Positions 1 through 12,975 of a DNA stretch of 64,000 nt are shown here, in pieces. The notes beneath the pieces are model-generated. The model ran no database searches, had not been told where the DNA came from, and worked only from the letters and a program-made list of their open reading frames with translations. The stretch is from Eledone cirrhosa (taxonomy: Eukaryota): the NCBI GenBank assembly GCA_964016885.1, contig OZ024741.1, positions 382,292,001 to 382,356,000 of the forward strand, given 5' to 3'. Both the position numbers and the translations under genes were made by a program. How positions within the stretch are numbered: the first letter of the stretch is position 1; every line of letters starts with the position of its first letter.

Positions 1-1986
1 GCTATTCAATCCCGGGCAAATGTGTGAAGCTTTTCAGCGACACTTCGCACAGCTGTTCGGGGGCAGCGGCGGGCCGGATCGACGGATGGACTTTAATGTC
101 TACCTCAACGGACTGCCGCGGATCTCGGCCACTGAGGCGGAGTGTTGCGAAAAGCCGATAACAGCCGATGAAGTACGGGAGGCAATGACTGGCTGCACAA
201 GGGGTAAATCGCCTGGTTTGGATGGTCTGCCCTATGAACTTTACATACAGATGCCAGACTTGTTCGGAGGCCTCTTGGCGGACGTCTAGTGCATCTGGCA
301 ACAGAACGGGAAAATTCCCAGCTCTGTGAGCCGAGGAGCTGTGGCGCTGCTGAGAAAGGATCCGTACAAAGGGGATAACATAGATAATTTCGGGCCCATA
401 AACGCTAAACATAGGGTTCAAGATTTTGGCCAATGTGCTAGCAAAGAGGTTGGCGCTTATCGTTGGTGGTCTGGTGGGACAGGCGCAGACGTGCGCCTTA
501 CCCGACAGATGCATCCCCGACAACCTCCACCTCATGCGATACATCGTAGAGAGGGTAGCTAGGGAACCTGGCATGGGTGGGTCCTTGATCAATTTAGATC
601 AGTCGAAAGCTTTCGATAGGGTCAACCATCGTTACCTAGCGTCAGTCCTCAGGGTCACTGGCTTTGGACCCGTCTTCAGAGGCTGGATCGCTGCCATGCA
701 CAGCGACATCTGCTCTGTGGTGAGAGTGAACGGTCTCCTTTCGGAACCGTTCAACATCATGCGTTTATCCGCCAAGGATGTCCCTTCTCGTCCCTCTTGT
801 ACGTATTGACTCTCGAGCCATTACTGCACAAACTGGATACGTTGAGGGGTGTCCCGCGCGAACTAGGATGCGGAAGATCCGTGTCAGGATATGCGGACGA
901 TGTCACCGTAGTGGTGTCGAACACCAAACACATCGAGGCGATCGGCACTACACTAAGAGAATACAAAGCGGTGACAGGAGCAATGATCAACCAGGAAAAG
1001 TCAGTGGGACTGCAGCCCGGCTGCTGGAGAGGCAGGTCCAAACCGTCCAACAGCCTCGTCGGGCACTGGACGGACGGACCAGTTACATTGCTAGGGGTCT
1101 GGTTCGGTCTGGACCGCAAGACGGACAAAACCGGAACGAGGTGACGAGCAGGGTGGCTTCTCTCACCCAGAAATTGGCGGACATGAAGCTATCATTAAAA
1201 GGTCAAAGCGGAGGTGCCTAACGCGTACATCGCGTACGTCATCTACTACCGCCTGATGGTCGTACCTTGTCGTAAGAGCCGCCTGATGGACTGGAGCGTT
1301 TGTTCTTTCGCTTTTTGTGGAAGGGACGCGCTCCGATGGTGAGGCGGTTCATCTGCTTCTCAACACCCGCTACGTGGAGGGCTGGGCATGCCGTGGCTGA
1401 TGATACGCAGACACACGCTCAGGCTACGACATCACCAACTCTTCCTCGACGGTGATCAGGTGTGGTCGCCGTTTGCTAGACACGTGTTTCCCCAGCTCGT
1501 ATCCTTGACGGAGCTGCAGTCCTGGTTCAAGCGAAGACCAAGAAGGAGCGCTTGGAGACTGGAATGTGCTCAGGCGCTCACAACCCTCGACCAATCGGGC
1601 AATGTGATCGGTGGAGACTCCACCTTGGCATTCTATAGAGGATTAGTGGAGGGAAAGAGCGACGACGTACTTGGAGAAACTCTAGGCGTCGACGAAAATA
1701 AACTAGCCAATCTCTTCGGAAGGACTTTCGCGCCGGGGCCTATGGACAACTTCCAGAAATCCCTGGTCTGGCAGTGCTACCGAGGAGCTTTGCCAGTTCG
1801 GGATAAACTCTACAGGCATGGAGGTGCCGTCAGCCGGGCATGTCCGTCATGCGCGCAGGGCCACGAAACCGTCCTGCACGCACTCGTCCAGTGTCCGAAA
1901 ATTGCTGACTTGTGGGTTTATGTCGAACACCTGCTGTCGCGTGTAGGACGGATCCGGTTATCATCTGAGTATATCGTGAGGATTGA
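1..1986 (+). mobile_element. Tx1/L1-clade non-LTR retrotransposon ORF2 fragment (RT + C-terminal CCHC region), frameshifted
   Basis: ORFs 20-289 (KSPGLDGLPYE), 426-809 (LDQSKAFDRVNH), 797-1144 (YADD), 1388-1999 (CPSC..ETVLHALVQC). Same family as 29930-30960 and 32105-33790. Confidence 0.92.
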
Positions 1987-3190
1987 TTTCCTCTGGTGAA
2001 CGTTGCTTTGGCGCATTTATCTAGTCCAAACTCCATTTTAATGTCATCACTGAACAGCTCCACAGTGGATAATAGCCCTTGCAATTGTTCATCATTTTTG
2101 AAAATAGTTTCAGGTCACCCATGTAGAACAAGTGATTAATGGTTTTGTCATAGACTTTATATCCATGTTTTGTTTCATTGAGCATTTTACTTAATGGTAT
2201 AAGTGCGATGCAGAATAAAAGCGGTAATAACGAGTCACCCTGGAAAATTCCACAATTAATATTAAGATCTCCAGCTTCCAGTGATATTTTTCCACTATTC
2301 AAAAGGAGTGACGTATTCCATGTCTTCATACTGAATGACAGGAACCTCCTGACAACGGGAGATATTTTGAAAATCTCTAAACATTTTTCAATCCAACTGT
2401 GTGGCAAACTATCGAATGCTTTTTTATAATCTATCCAAGCAATTGATAGATTTTTGTGTCTATTATGACAATCTTCCAGTATCATTTTGTTTACCAAAAG
2501 CTGATACTTACAGCCATATGAGCCTCGTTTACACCCTTTCTGTTCATTGGGAAATAGATCATTTGTTATCAGGTGGTCATATGTATATTAAGTTAGGACT
2601 GATGTTAAAATGTTATACATTTTGGTCAAGCAAGTTATCGGTCTGTAATTGTTGGGATTGTTTGTCTCATCATTCTTCGGAAGCGGGAATGTAATGCCGT
2701 TAACTAGCCATGATGGTATCTTTTCTAGCTACTTAATTATTTCATTGTAAAGTTGGGCTAACAGCTCGTGAGACTCTGTGAAGGCATTTATCAAAAAAAT
2801 TGGTATTTTGTCTTTTCCTGCCATTTCCATTTGCTGGTTTTTATAAGAGCCAAACGCAACTGTTCAACTGTTATATTTTCCCATATTTGTTCCTCAAGCT
2901 TAGCTGTATCTTAAATTTGTGTGTCTATCCATGCGGCATGTATATTATGAACTTTTTCTTCGGCCCAGATCTTTTCCCAGAATTCTTGCACTTCCTCCTT
3001 GGATGGTATTGATTTAGCAGTTAATGTTGACTTGCCAATTTTTCAGTAGAAGTTTCTTTGGTTGTTTTTGAACATATTATTGTCCCTATAGAATCTAGAT
3101 CGTTTTTGAAAGCGCCTTATACGAGCAGCTTTGGTCGACAATTTTTGCTTGATTATTTCTATCAGCATGTCTATGTCACTTGTTGATTTT
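1987..3190 (-). mobile_element. R4/Dong-type (RLE) non-LTR retrotransposon RT fragment, family A
   Basis: ORF 2021-2497 has WIDYKKAFDSLPHSWI, GIFQGDSL, HLFYMGDLKLF; the next frame has MEFGLDKCAK. Closely similar to 35297-36143. Confidence 0.9.
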
Positions 3191-3940
3191 ATATTCAAAA
3201 AAGAAAATGGTTATAAATGGAAGAAAACCCCCTCTGTCTACATTATATAGAACAGCCAACTAACAGCAATTTCACCAACACCACAAACTAGATACACCAC
3301 CTATCCCATCACCCCAGTGTGTACACTAAATACAACAGCCAGATAACGGCAATTTCACCACCACCACCACCAATCCCAGCATAATAATAATAATTACTAT
3401 TATTGTATCTCAAGATTTCTCAAAATGTTTAACACAAATATTAAGGGAATATGTCAACACATATATTAAACATACGCGACAAACCGCATAGATGCACAGA
3501 TCAAACAAACGCATACTACTACAGTCTATTCAACAAAACTCAGTAACGACAACACCATCACTATAGTCACCGCCGCCACCACTCCATCATTTTTACCACT
3601 ATCCCATCACCGCCACCACCACTCCTTCATTGCTACCACCACTAATCCCCCACTACCTTCTGTTAACTTAAGAAAGGGGAAGGTGGCTGTATCATTAGAC
3701 AAGGGAGAGGCTAGCATGCCTTTTGAAGTGTTCCAAAAAGCGGGGCGGGGCCACTTTTCCTTAACCATTCCTGGAAACATTTTGAGATAGTACCTAGTAC
3801 AATCGGGACCACTTTGACTACATGGCAGTTCCAAATCCTTTTTACCTCACACTTTAATTATTATTATTATTATAATTATTACGTGTAGACGGCGTGTGTG
3901 TGTGTTACACACCGCCGATCCGTCGTCCGTCTTCTAAGAT

Positions 3941-4150
3941 GCGGTGGATTGGCAGTATCGGTAGAGGGTCGGACGCCATGCTTTCCAGCATAGTTACGTC
4001 CCTTTACGATCTGAGTTCAAATCCCGCCGAGGTTGACTTTGCCTTTCATCCTTACGGGGTCGATAAAATAAAGTACCAGTAATGCACTGGGTAATTGCTG
4101 GCCTTGTCCCTAATGTAGAAACAATTATTATTACTATTATTATATTATTA
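3941..4150 (+). mobile_element. tRNA-derived SINE with Meta-like central domain and (TTA)n tail
   Basis: A-box-like TGGCAGTATCGG, B-box GAGTTCAAATCC, core GACTTTGCCTTTCATCCTTACGGGGTCGATAAAAT; seven copies in the window. Confidence 0.85.
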
Positions 4151-4152
4151 TA

Positions 4153-4197
<45 letters not shown>

Positions 4198-4199
<2 letters not shown>

Positions 4200-4366
4200 C
4201 GTTTCTGAATTTGTTTATAAACAACTATCTGGTTGTGGAACCAACGAACCAACCAGAAATTTATAAATTTATAAATTAATTATAAATTTATTATAATAAA
4301 TTGAAGTGAAAGTAACTGGTGCGCGTGTTTCTTATTGGCAACATGACCCTCCCAAAGTATAACAAT
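4198..4366. repeat. Dispersed repeat family X (probable PLE pseudo-LTR fragment) in (TA)n
   Basis: Shares ttattggcaacatgaccctcccaaag and ttcgtttctgaatttgttt with 37856-38610 and 54901-55424. Confidence 0.65.
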
Positions 4367-4713
4367 ATATATATATAACATTTTGTAAATCTGTTCGAAA
4401 GCAACCTTGTTCTGTATTGCGTGACCGATATGTTTACTCTCTGTTTTCGTTTGCCTACCTATTGATGTAAGTATGGTTGAAGCTCTTGTTTAGCAATTGT
4501 TTTGCAGGTGACACAACAAACATGGTTATCCTATTTTCCTTTGAACTCTCTGGTATGTTGTCAACACTGATTCTGTGAAAGCAAAGATTTAGTATCTTGC
4601 ATGACTTTCGTTTGATATGAATGGAACGCACATTTTATATTATCCAGTAAACCACGATATGTAATTTTGTATGCACTTTATATATATATATATATATATA
4701 TACATACTGTATA

Positions 4714-4770
<57 letters not shown>

Positions 4771-4917
4771 AAGGTTAAACAATGTTCAATGAATAAATCA
4801 AAGAATGAGTTTTACAATAGATTGGAAGCACTCCACAGTTTAAAAGGTTTTCGGGCTTTATTAATATTAATTCAAAATATTAACAAAATTAGACATTCGT
4901 GTGATCAAATATATTTT

Positions 4918-4976
4918 ATTATACATATTTCAGAGGTACTGAGCTATCTTCAACTGTACGTCCTCATCAGATAAGA
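4918..4976 (-). ncRNA. Minimal type I hammerhead ribozyme motif (PLE pLTR)
   Basis: Reverse complement reads ttat-CTGATGA-ggacgtac..gtacctct-GAAA-tatGTA-taa. Confidence 0.65.
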
Positions 4977-5826
4977 TGAGATGATGTATGACATACCGTG
5001 ACTTAGTAGATGCTTAAGATTCAGTCATGGTAGTGAATAATATGACAAAACTCAATATTTTTATACCTTAAGATTGAGACATGAAAAAATTACTTATAAT
5101 ACAGAGGGTGCGTGTGAGAAAGCTTAAAAATACATAATAGCAATTTACATAACTGTTAGAGATTCAAATAATTTAAATTATTGAAAAAAGAAGAAATACA
5201 GAGAGAAACAGATGAGGAAAAAGATAGTTACTAGATGTATAGAAAGCAAAAGAGAATTGATCAAGGATAGAGAGACAAGGAGGAATAATTGTTATAATAT
5301 AAAGCATAGCGATGGAGATTTGTATTGTCGTGGATAAAAATCGTGTGATTAGATGATGCAAATATATATATATATATATATATAAAAACATAAATATACA
5401 TTTGGGCATAGCTTTGTGAAAGAGAATACTCGAATCTTTGAATTATCTAGAAATAATCAACCAATCTAAATATTAAATATATCTGGGTGTAGTTATAAGG
5501 GTTTAGTTTCGAGTCCTTAGTTAACTAGAAATATACTAACAATTAACAGATACATTATATATATCCAAACGTATCCGGATGACCGTTAAATTTTGAAACA
5601 TTTATTTTAGTTCAGAATAATGAATTAATCTAAAGGTATAGTATTTCAGTCTATAAAAATGTATAAGTATTTATATTAAAGTATACTATCATATTTATAA
5701 AATCATATTTAAAGTATTTGCAAAGATGAGAAATAAGAGACTTAATATTTTCATCCTCTCGAAGATAATCCATATTAAATTATATTAAAAGAATTTTATA
5801 TTAAAATAAAATCATTATATAATTTA

Positions 5827-6000
5827 GGGTGGTGGATTGGCAGTATCAGTAGATGGACGGACGCCATGCTTTCCCTTTACGATCTGAGTTCAAATCCCGC
5901 CGAGGTTGACTTTGCCTTTCATCCTTACGGGGTCGATAAAATAAATTACCAGTATTGCACTGGTTAATTGCTGGCCTTGTGCCTAAAGTAGAAACAATTA
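5827..6000 (+). mobile_element. Meta-domain SINE with target-site duplication
   Basis: Same sequence as 3941; attatataatttag on both sides; short internal deletion after catgctttcc. Confidence 0.85.
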
Positions 6001-6992
6001 TATAATTTAGAAGGTAATTACAGTTATAACTTTAACAATTTTAAATTAACAATTAGAATGCCCTAAAGTATCTAAAGGCCTTATAATTATACTTAAAAAG
6101 GGTATTATTAAACTAGATATACGCATTTATCTAAATTTATACAAAGAGTATATTGTCTAAAGTTCAAGACGATATTAATCAATTATACATAACATAATAT
6201 AATATATTATATATAATATAATATATTAAATATATTAAATATATTAAATATTAAATATTAAATATAATATAATATATTAAATATATTAAAACTGGGTAAA
6301 GTAGAAACAATAATATATTAAATAAGTTACTGTTAATATTGTTAAAATTAAGGTTTTAGATCAATAAATATATTAGGATCATGTAATACATATAGACTAT
6401 AAATATACAAATCAAACTTCATGAATCATAAGGATAAGAACCAGGTTCAAAATAAATAAGTAAATGGTTTGCGATCCTATAAGTGCCAAATATCTAAGCT
6501 GTATAATTTAAAAATACAAGAATTTTTTTTTTTTTTTAAAGGATCTATATATGTAGGGCACTGGTTCACTGCCCTTAAACACGCTGTGACTTCTCTCTCC
6601 CACGTGTAGCTGGACAGTCAATTTTAAAATGTTCTTAGTGTTGTCTGAAATGGATAGCCTTACACACGCTGATGAACCGAGTTTATTCCATTTCTGTCAA
6701 CAAATTATTGGTAAAACATATCTTTGGATTTGTACGTGTGTTATATAGTTATAGAGGTATTTATTTACGCTTTAGTTTATATTTTTAATTATCGTGTCTA
6801 TAGTCTGCCTTTCATAGGTTATAGATTCCATACACTGGTGGTTTTTTCCCTGTTTTATTGATAACGCACTGTATATCTCTCTCTGGTGTGTTACCTTTAC
6901 AACATATTGTATTTTAAAGAGCTCAGGATCTCTTCTTCTTTGAGCAGATTATTTACAGGGAATAGTGAGAGCCTATGCCTCCGTTAATTTAT

Positions 6993-7026
<34 letters not shown>

Positions 7027-7028
<2 letters not shown>

Positions 7029-7225
7029 AGAGTTGACATTGCACTCAGTTCTCCTTTGGGAGCCCCTACATGGACACACTAGAAGAGGAAGACCAAGGTT
7101 AACTTATGTTGATGGCCTAAGGACAGAGACTGGTCTGTTGGAGATTCAGGACATGGCAGCGATAATGAGGGACAGAGACCGCTGGAGAGAACTCGTCCAT
7201 GGATCTCGGGAATTTTACCCGCCTT

Positions 7226-7226
<1 letters not shown>
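7027..7226 (+). mobile_element. RTE-type LINE 3' terminal fragment between (TA)n tracts
   Basis: Translates as LLWEPLHGHTRRGRPRLTYVD...MRDRDRWR, the RGRP..W..DR..WR C-terminus typical of RTE. Confidence 0.7.
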
Positions 7227-7313
<87 letters not shown>

Positions 7314-7506
7314 TAAAGGAATTGTGGTAAGGAATCATATGGACCATAACGCACCAGAGTACTCAATACTTAGGGTAGTAGAGTGAGAAATAGGAAAAAG
7401 TACGACCCTGGCGGCAGAGCTCAAGCCGTTTGGACGGCTATTTCTGGGCCCAGAAATAGACGTCGAAACGACTTGAGCTCTGCCATCGGGGTCATACTGT
7501 TTTCCT
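7314..7506. repeat. PLE pLTR-end fragment folded into a ~98-bp palindrome
   Basis: 7314-7410 matches 17937-18035; arms 7400-7448 and 7449-7497 are centred on GGGCCC. Confidence 0.75.
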
Positions 7507-7784
7507 ATATATATATATTTAGATATATATACATATAACAAATTATTGTTATAGGTAGTCCACTTAGACGTAGTCCAGTTACGATACTCCGAGTAGTGGA
7601 TAGTATCAACGCTTGGCTAAGTTTGACTCAACAACAGGTTTCCATAGTGATGATGCGAGTACGCGTCTGTTTCTGCAGAAACAGGCGGATATCGATTTCT
7701 AGACCTACCAGTTCAAAGAAACAATTGTCAGTAATATGATTAAAGCCCTTATTGTATAGCAAACCGTGTCACTGTTCTTTCTTG

Positions 7785-7860
<76 letters not shown>

Positions 7861-8267
7861 TTAATTATACTATTTATGGTTATGTAAATACAAAAACCTT
7901 TTGCAGTTATATATATTTTTATATAAACCCTAAAGCAGGTAATCGAGAGTGTTAGGGTGGTTGATCAACCACGCTAACACTCTCGATTACCTGCTTAAGT
8001 TCTTCTACTACACGTAACTCTCTGCCACACTATATAAACAAGACGCACGTGCTTGCCACACATATAACCTTTGCACTATATAACCGCTTAATTTCATGTT
8101 GTATTTTAACCTGTATTTTTGATTGTATCTTTTAATATGAATGTAATCTCTAAGTGTGTACTGCCACTCTAAATGCTATAATGAATGTTGACCCACAATA
8201 TTTGCATATGTATCTGTATGTCTCTTGGGTGAAAAGGAGGTCATATAAGTGTTCATTCAATAATAAA

Positions 8268-8316
8268 TTGGTCCGAAGAATCCAAACCTCGGTTTGGAGG
8301 AAACAGTTGTAAGCAT
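8268..8316 (+). ncRNA. Variant hammerhead-like motif
   Basis: CCGAAGA-a-tccaaacc/ggtttgga-g-GAAAC-agtt-GTA; perfect stem II, U4>C core change, weak stem I. Confidence 0.45.
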
Positions 8317-8350
8317 AACAATGTTTTGAACAGTTCTTTGATTCTTATAA

Positions 8351-8416
<66 letters not shown>

Positions 8417-8468
8417 CGAGTAGGACCCCGACGGCTGAGCTCAAGCCGTTTCGACGGCTATTTCAGGA

Positions 8469-8540
<72 letters not shown>

Positions 8541-8722
8541 GTTAGGGAAGCAGAAATGTATTTATTGTGATCCAGTTCGTGGTTAAGAAAGCCAGTTTCA
8601 TGGACGGTTTCAACGTACAGCAAAATCCTTAACACTATTCACATAGATACAGCAAAATACTTAACACTAAATCTATTAGACTATCTTACTCCACGGCACC
8701 AAACGTAGAGGCATACATTAAG

Positions 8723-9343
8723 ATGCTTAACGCTAAAAAGATACATAACAACACCAAAATACAAATTTATAACAATAACAATACAATCACCATTGAACAC
8801 AACAGAATATCTAATACACAACCACCCACTAATAGGCAAACAAAACGTAACACACTGGTACAGGCATCGCAGCCCACCAATAATGCCAAAGTTGCCCATG
8901 ACAAGAATTGTAACTGCCACCTACCTGAAACCTGTTCATTACATAATGAATGTATGCAGTCTAACCTGGTTTACCAATGTACAGTAGAATCAGACAACCA
9001 GAAATGGTATTATATCGGAGCGACTGGGAATACTTTTAAAACCTGTTGGTATACACACCGTTACGCAATGAAACTTTCCCAGCATCGTTATGTAACTACC
9101 CTTGCAAACAAGACATGGCAACTGAGGGAAAGTAACCATCAATACATACTGAAGTGGAAAAAATTATGGAACGCGCCCCCATATCGGAGTGGTATGAGAA
9201 GCTGTCGATTATGTGACCTTGAGCTGTTCCACATTTTGGGTTCCAAGAATAGGTTACTCAACAAAAAAATCGAAAGATCAATATATTGTCACCATAGATT
9301 CAAAGAAAAGTTTTCTCACTATAAGTGCAAATCGAACACTTAG
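8723..9343 (+). mobile_element. Penelope-like element 3' part: Cys linker + GIY-YIG endonuclease
   Basis: CNCHLPETCSLHNEC, LVYQC..YYIGATG..FK..W..H, CRLC..E, LLNK..E..CHHR; followed by a pyrimidine-rich 3' UTR. Confidence 0.85.
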
Positions 9344-10043
9344 CCTCTTACTACCACCTGACAAACTGCATATACTTAGACTTTCTACCCTCTTATTGTA
9401 TCTAACCCCTTTAATTACACACAAAAACCAATACCTGTATCCCGCCCTTCTCCTTCATTCCTTTTCTATTTCTTTTCGTTTTCTTCCTTTCTTCTCTCCC
9501 CCTTTTGGCTATCTTTTCTTTTCTCTTTCTAACCCCCCACCCTTCTTTATTTTCATTTGTATCTTTATTTTTTATATATATATTTATCTCTTTATATCTC
9601 CCCCCCCCCTCTCTCTCCATCCCTCCCAATATAAAAAAATGTAATTCTCTTTAACTCACTACACTCGAAATCGACGACATGAAGTCTACTTATCAAAACT
9701 ATTCAAGCAATCCTTCCACCTCTACCCCGCCCTCCATCTCAGTTTGTCACTCTACTTCCTAGATATCTCTCTATACTATTCCGTCTGCCCCCCCACTTTC
9801 TAATTCCTCTTCCTCTCTCTCTATACTAGTAAATACAATTCCCCCAAAAATGTGTTTCTCTATATATTAAGAACTTTTTTAAGGGTAACTTACTCCTTAT
9901 TTTGAACATTTGGACGTGAACAACAATTATCATTGAGTGGCTGCTATTTGCAGTATAGCAATAAGGTTGCACTTACCAATGAAACAGTCGTAAATACCGG
10001 GATAAAATCCTTTTCTTAATGTTTACCTGTGTTTTCTCTTTTA

Positions 10044-10088
<45 letters not shown>

Positions 10089-10149
10089 GTCCCAAGGCAC
10101 TGATACCATCAACACTATACACACAGAGCTGGCATATCTGAGAACTGAC

Positions 10150-10208
10150 TAACTCCCTGATGAAGTCATAGCCATTAATTGGCTATCATCGAAATATATA
10201 TAGCAGTA
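10150..10208 (+). ncRNA. Hammerhead-like motif
   Basis: CTGATGA-agtc-atagcc/ggctat-catc-GAAA-tatata; stem I imperfect. Confidence 0.5.
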
Positions 10209-10237
10209 AATAAAGGATTATGAGTTCATGCAATTGA

Positions 10238-10278
<41 letters not shown>

Positions 10279-10279
10279 T

Positions 10280-12670
10280 AGAAATATTAATAAAATAGAT
10301 GTTCTTTTTATCAATTACATTTTATTATACATATTTCAGATGTACAACAGTACGTCCTCATCAGAAAAAATATAATGATACATGACATACCCTGAGATGT
10401 TAAATGGTTAAGATTTAATCAAGGTACCGATTAACCTAAGAGAAAGTTTAACATTTTCCTAAATATAAATTTTACCGAAGATAATCAATTGTCAACTTAT
10501 GGTATGTAAATATTTTGAACTAATTATTGTTAGAAATATTTAATTAACGATTATGTATATAGATATTTATTAATGAGCCAGTATATTTTAGGTAAATGAT
10601 AACGAAAATATATATAATAGATTGAGGCATGCAAAGTTAAATATATACCAATATAACAGGGTGTAAATGCATTAATTGTTCATAGTTCGAAATAAATAAT
10701 AATCAAAAACACATGAAATACACAGTTAGAAATAAGTTCCATAAAAATGTATGGGTTGGATATTAAACTAAAATTTAAACCTTAGATAAGAGGATAAAGA
10801 TAGAGAAATAAAGAAATAATGGTATGGATCAAAATTAATAATTATAATATTATGTTATGTATATAAATGTTCCGGCATGTTATTGAACAAGTGTTTTTCA
10901 TTGAAGCGTTATTTCTTCTATAGATAGATTATAAGATAATGCAATATTAAAGGCCATTAATGTTTTCCCCTGTTAATTATATACGTCTGACAACCAAGTT
11001 TTTAATGGTTAAGTGTTTCTCATTCTTTTTTTCTCGTTTTGTGGGAGGCTAAGAATGTGGACGTAGCTTTGTGGAGGCAACTAGATAATAATTCATTTTT
11101 TTAGTTAATTAGGGTGTCATAGTTATTAATAATCAACAGGGTCTCCATTGTACTGAGTGCGCAGTTATTTGATATACTGGAGTTGCGGTAAATTCCACAG
11201 TTCCGAAGTTTAGTCCAAAGAATGGAGTATTTTAAATTCCCGTCTTTTAATGACCATATGAGCTGTGATAAAGACGTGGATGATTTCCTCTTGGAGTTCG
11301 AGAAAGAGCATTTATGGTTCGCAAATCTGGATTTAAATGTAGAAGACGTCGATCCTATGTAGTTGTATGTGTTGTGATCAGTTTTTACAGTGCATTTATA
11401 AATCAAGTTACTATCTAGATAATTATTTTGCAAAGGGCAATCAGTTATATTTCTACAATTACATTTTGGTTTAGTATCATTTATGTTAACTCTATTATTA
11501 AGATCATTATGCTGGTTTTGTTTTAGGATTTTAGTGTTTAATTTGGCAATGTTTTGGGCCATGTTCAAAGTTGTAAACTACGAGAATTTAATGGTATGTC
11601 TATTAAAAATGGAATGGTATTTATGTTGAGTAGGGAAAGAGGTGTCCAAAGCGTTAAAGAATAATTTTGCAATTGGTGTTTTGACTGCGACCGAAGCGAG
11701 GGGGAGCGAACGATATGACTGATTTAGTTCTAGTTCTTATCCTAGATTTATTTGGCGTATGGGTGTTTGAATTATAATAATTAGAGTTTTTCTGATATAT
11801 GTTATTATTTTTATTAAGATTAATACTTGGATTATTATTATCTACGTATTCTATATTATTCATATATCCTGCTCGTTTTAACGCGTTGTTGTAGTATTCA
11901 GCGTTTTCATCGAATATAGGCTGATATTTTATTAATTCGTTTTTGCACACTATTTACTATAGCCCTTTTTACAGATTCAGGGTGATTGAAATGGTTACTA
12001 ACATAGTTTAAGTTTTCATAGGGCTTATGAAAAGGGTAATAGAAGCCAGTGTTTACGTTAAAGGTAACGTCTAGGAAATTAACTAGTTTGGTACCATTTT
12101 TTACTTCAAACTTAAGGTCGTACTTTTTAAAGAATTCTATTATATTTTTCTTTACTCTATTTAGTTCTATAATGTTGTTTTTGACCACGGTAATTAAAAT
12201 GTCGTCCCTATATAAACCACCGGTAACCCCGGCAGCTTTCTATTTATGATATTTAATATGAAAATTCCTAGAAGATCTGTGATTTGCGCGGAATCGGATG
12301 CCCCCATAGTGATATCAATGTTTCTATATTCTATCTAAGCGGGTCCAATATTCATTGTTGAAGTTAATAAGAGTTTTTCTGGCTGTAGTATTATATCTAT
12401 TTCATCCGTGGTTATATCAGTATGTTTATAAGCATATGAAAGAGCCTTATTTAGAAGGTTAGGTGTTATGGAAGAATAGTATCTAGTAATGTCCATCTGG
12501 ATGAATTTATGTTTTTTCTTATCTATATTCTTGTACCATTCTATGACTTCGTTTGTATCTTTCCATAAGCTCAAATTAGATCTCAATTTAAGAGTGGGTA
12601 AGATTCTATCTATGTTGTTTTTACTGATTACTCCAATATCCGATTTCGATGGACAATCAGTCTACCTGGT
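10280..12670 (-). mobile_element. Penelope-like element (RT + GIY-YIG), frameshifted, with 3' UTR/pLTR
   Basis: ORFs 12335-12586 (FIQMDITRYYSSI), 11907-12188 (VNFLDVT, preceded by YRDD), 11654-11950, 11101-11568 (CNCRNITDCPL, YIGST..FKSRF..H). Confidence 0.9.
10322..10370 (-). ncRNA. Minimal hammerhead motif in the 3' pLTR of the PLE at 11.05-12.67 kb
   Basis: Reverse complement reads CTGATGA-ggacgtac-tgtt-gtacatct-GAAA-tatGTA-taataaa; same family as 4918. Confidence 0.65.
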
Positions 12671-12692
12671 ATCTCTTCCTCAAAGCTTCTTT

Positions 12693-12775
<83 letters not shown>

Positions 12776-12863
12776 GATGAAAACGCTGAATACTACAACA
12801 ACGCGTTAATAAGAGCAGGATATATGAATAATATAGAATATATAGATAATAATAACCCAAGTA

Positions 12864-12903
<40 letters not shown>

Positions 12904-12910
12904 AGTATCT

Positions 12911-12970
<60 letters not shown>

Positions 12971-12975
<5 letters not shown>

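Noticed and set aside
2-592. 196-aa minus-strand ORF and other antisense ORFs over LINEs
   Set aside because: Shadow frames of GC-rich Tx1 coding sequence with no motifs.
7645-7700. Hammerhead candidate gTGATGA..GAAAC
   Set aside because: Lacks C3 and has no UH cleavage triplet in position; better explained as a small hairpin (ctgtttctgcagaaacag).
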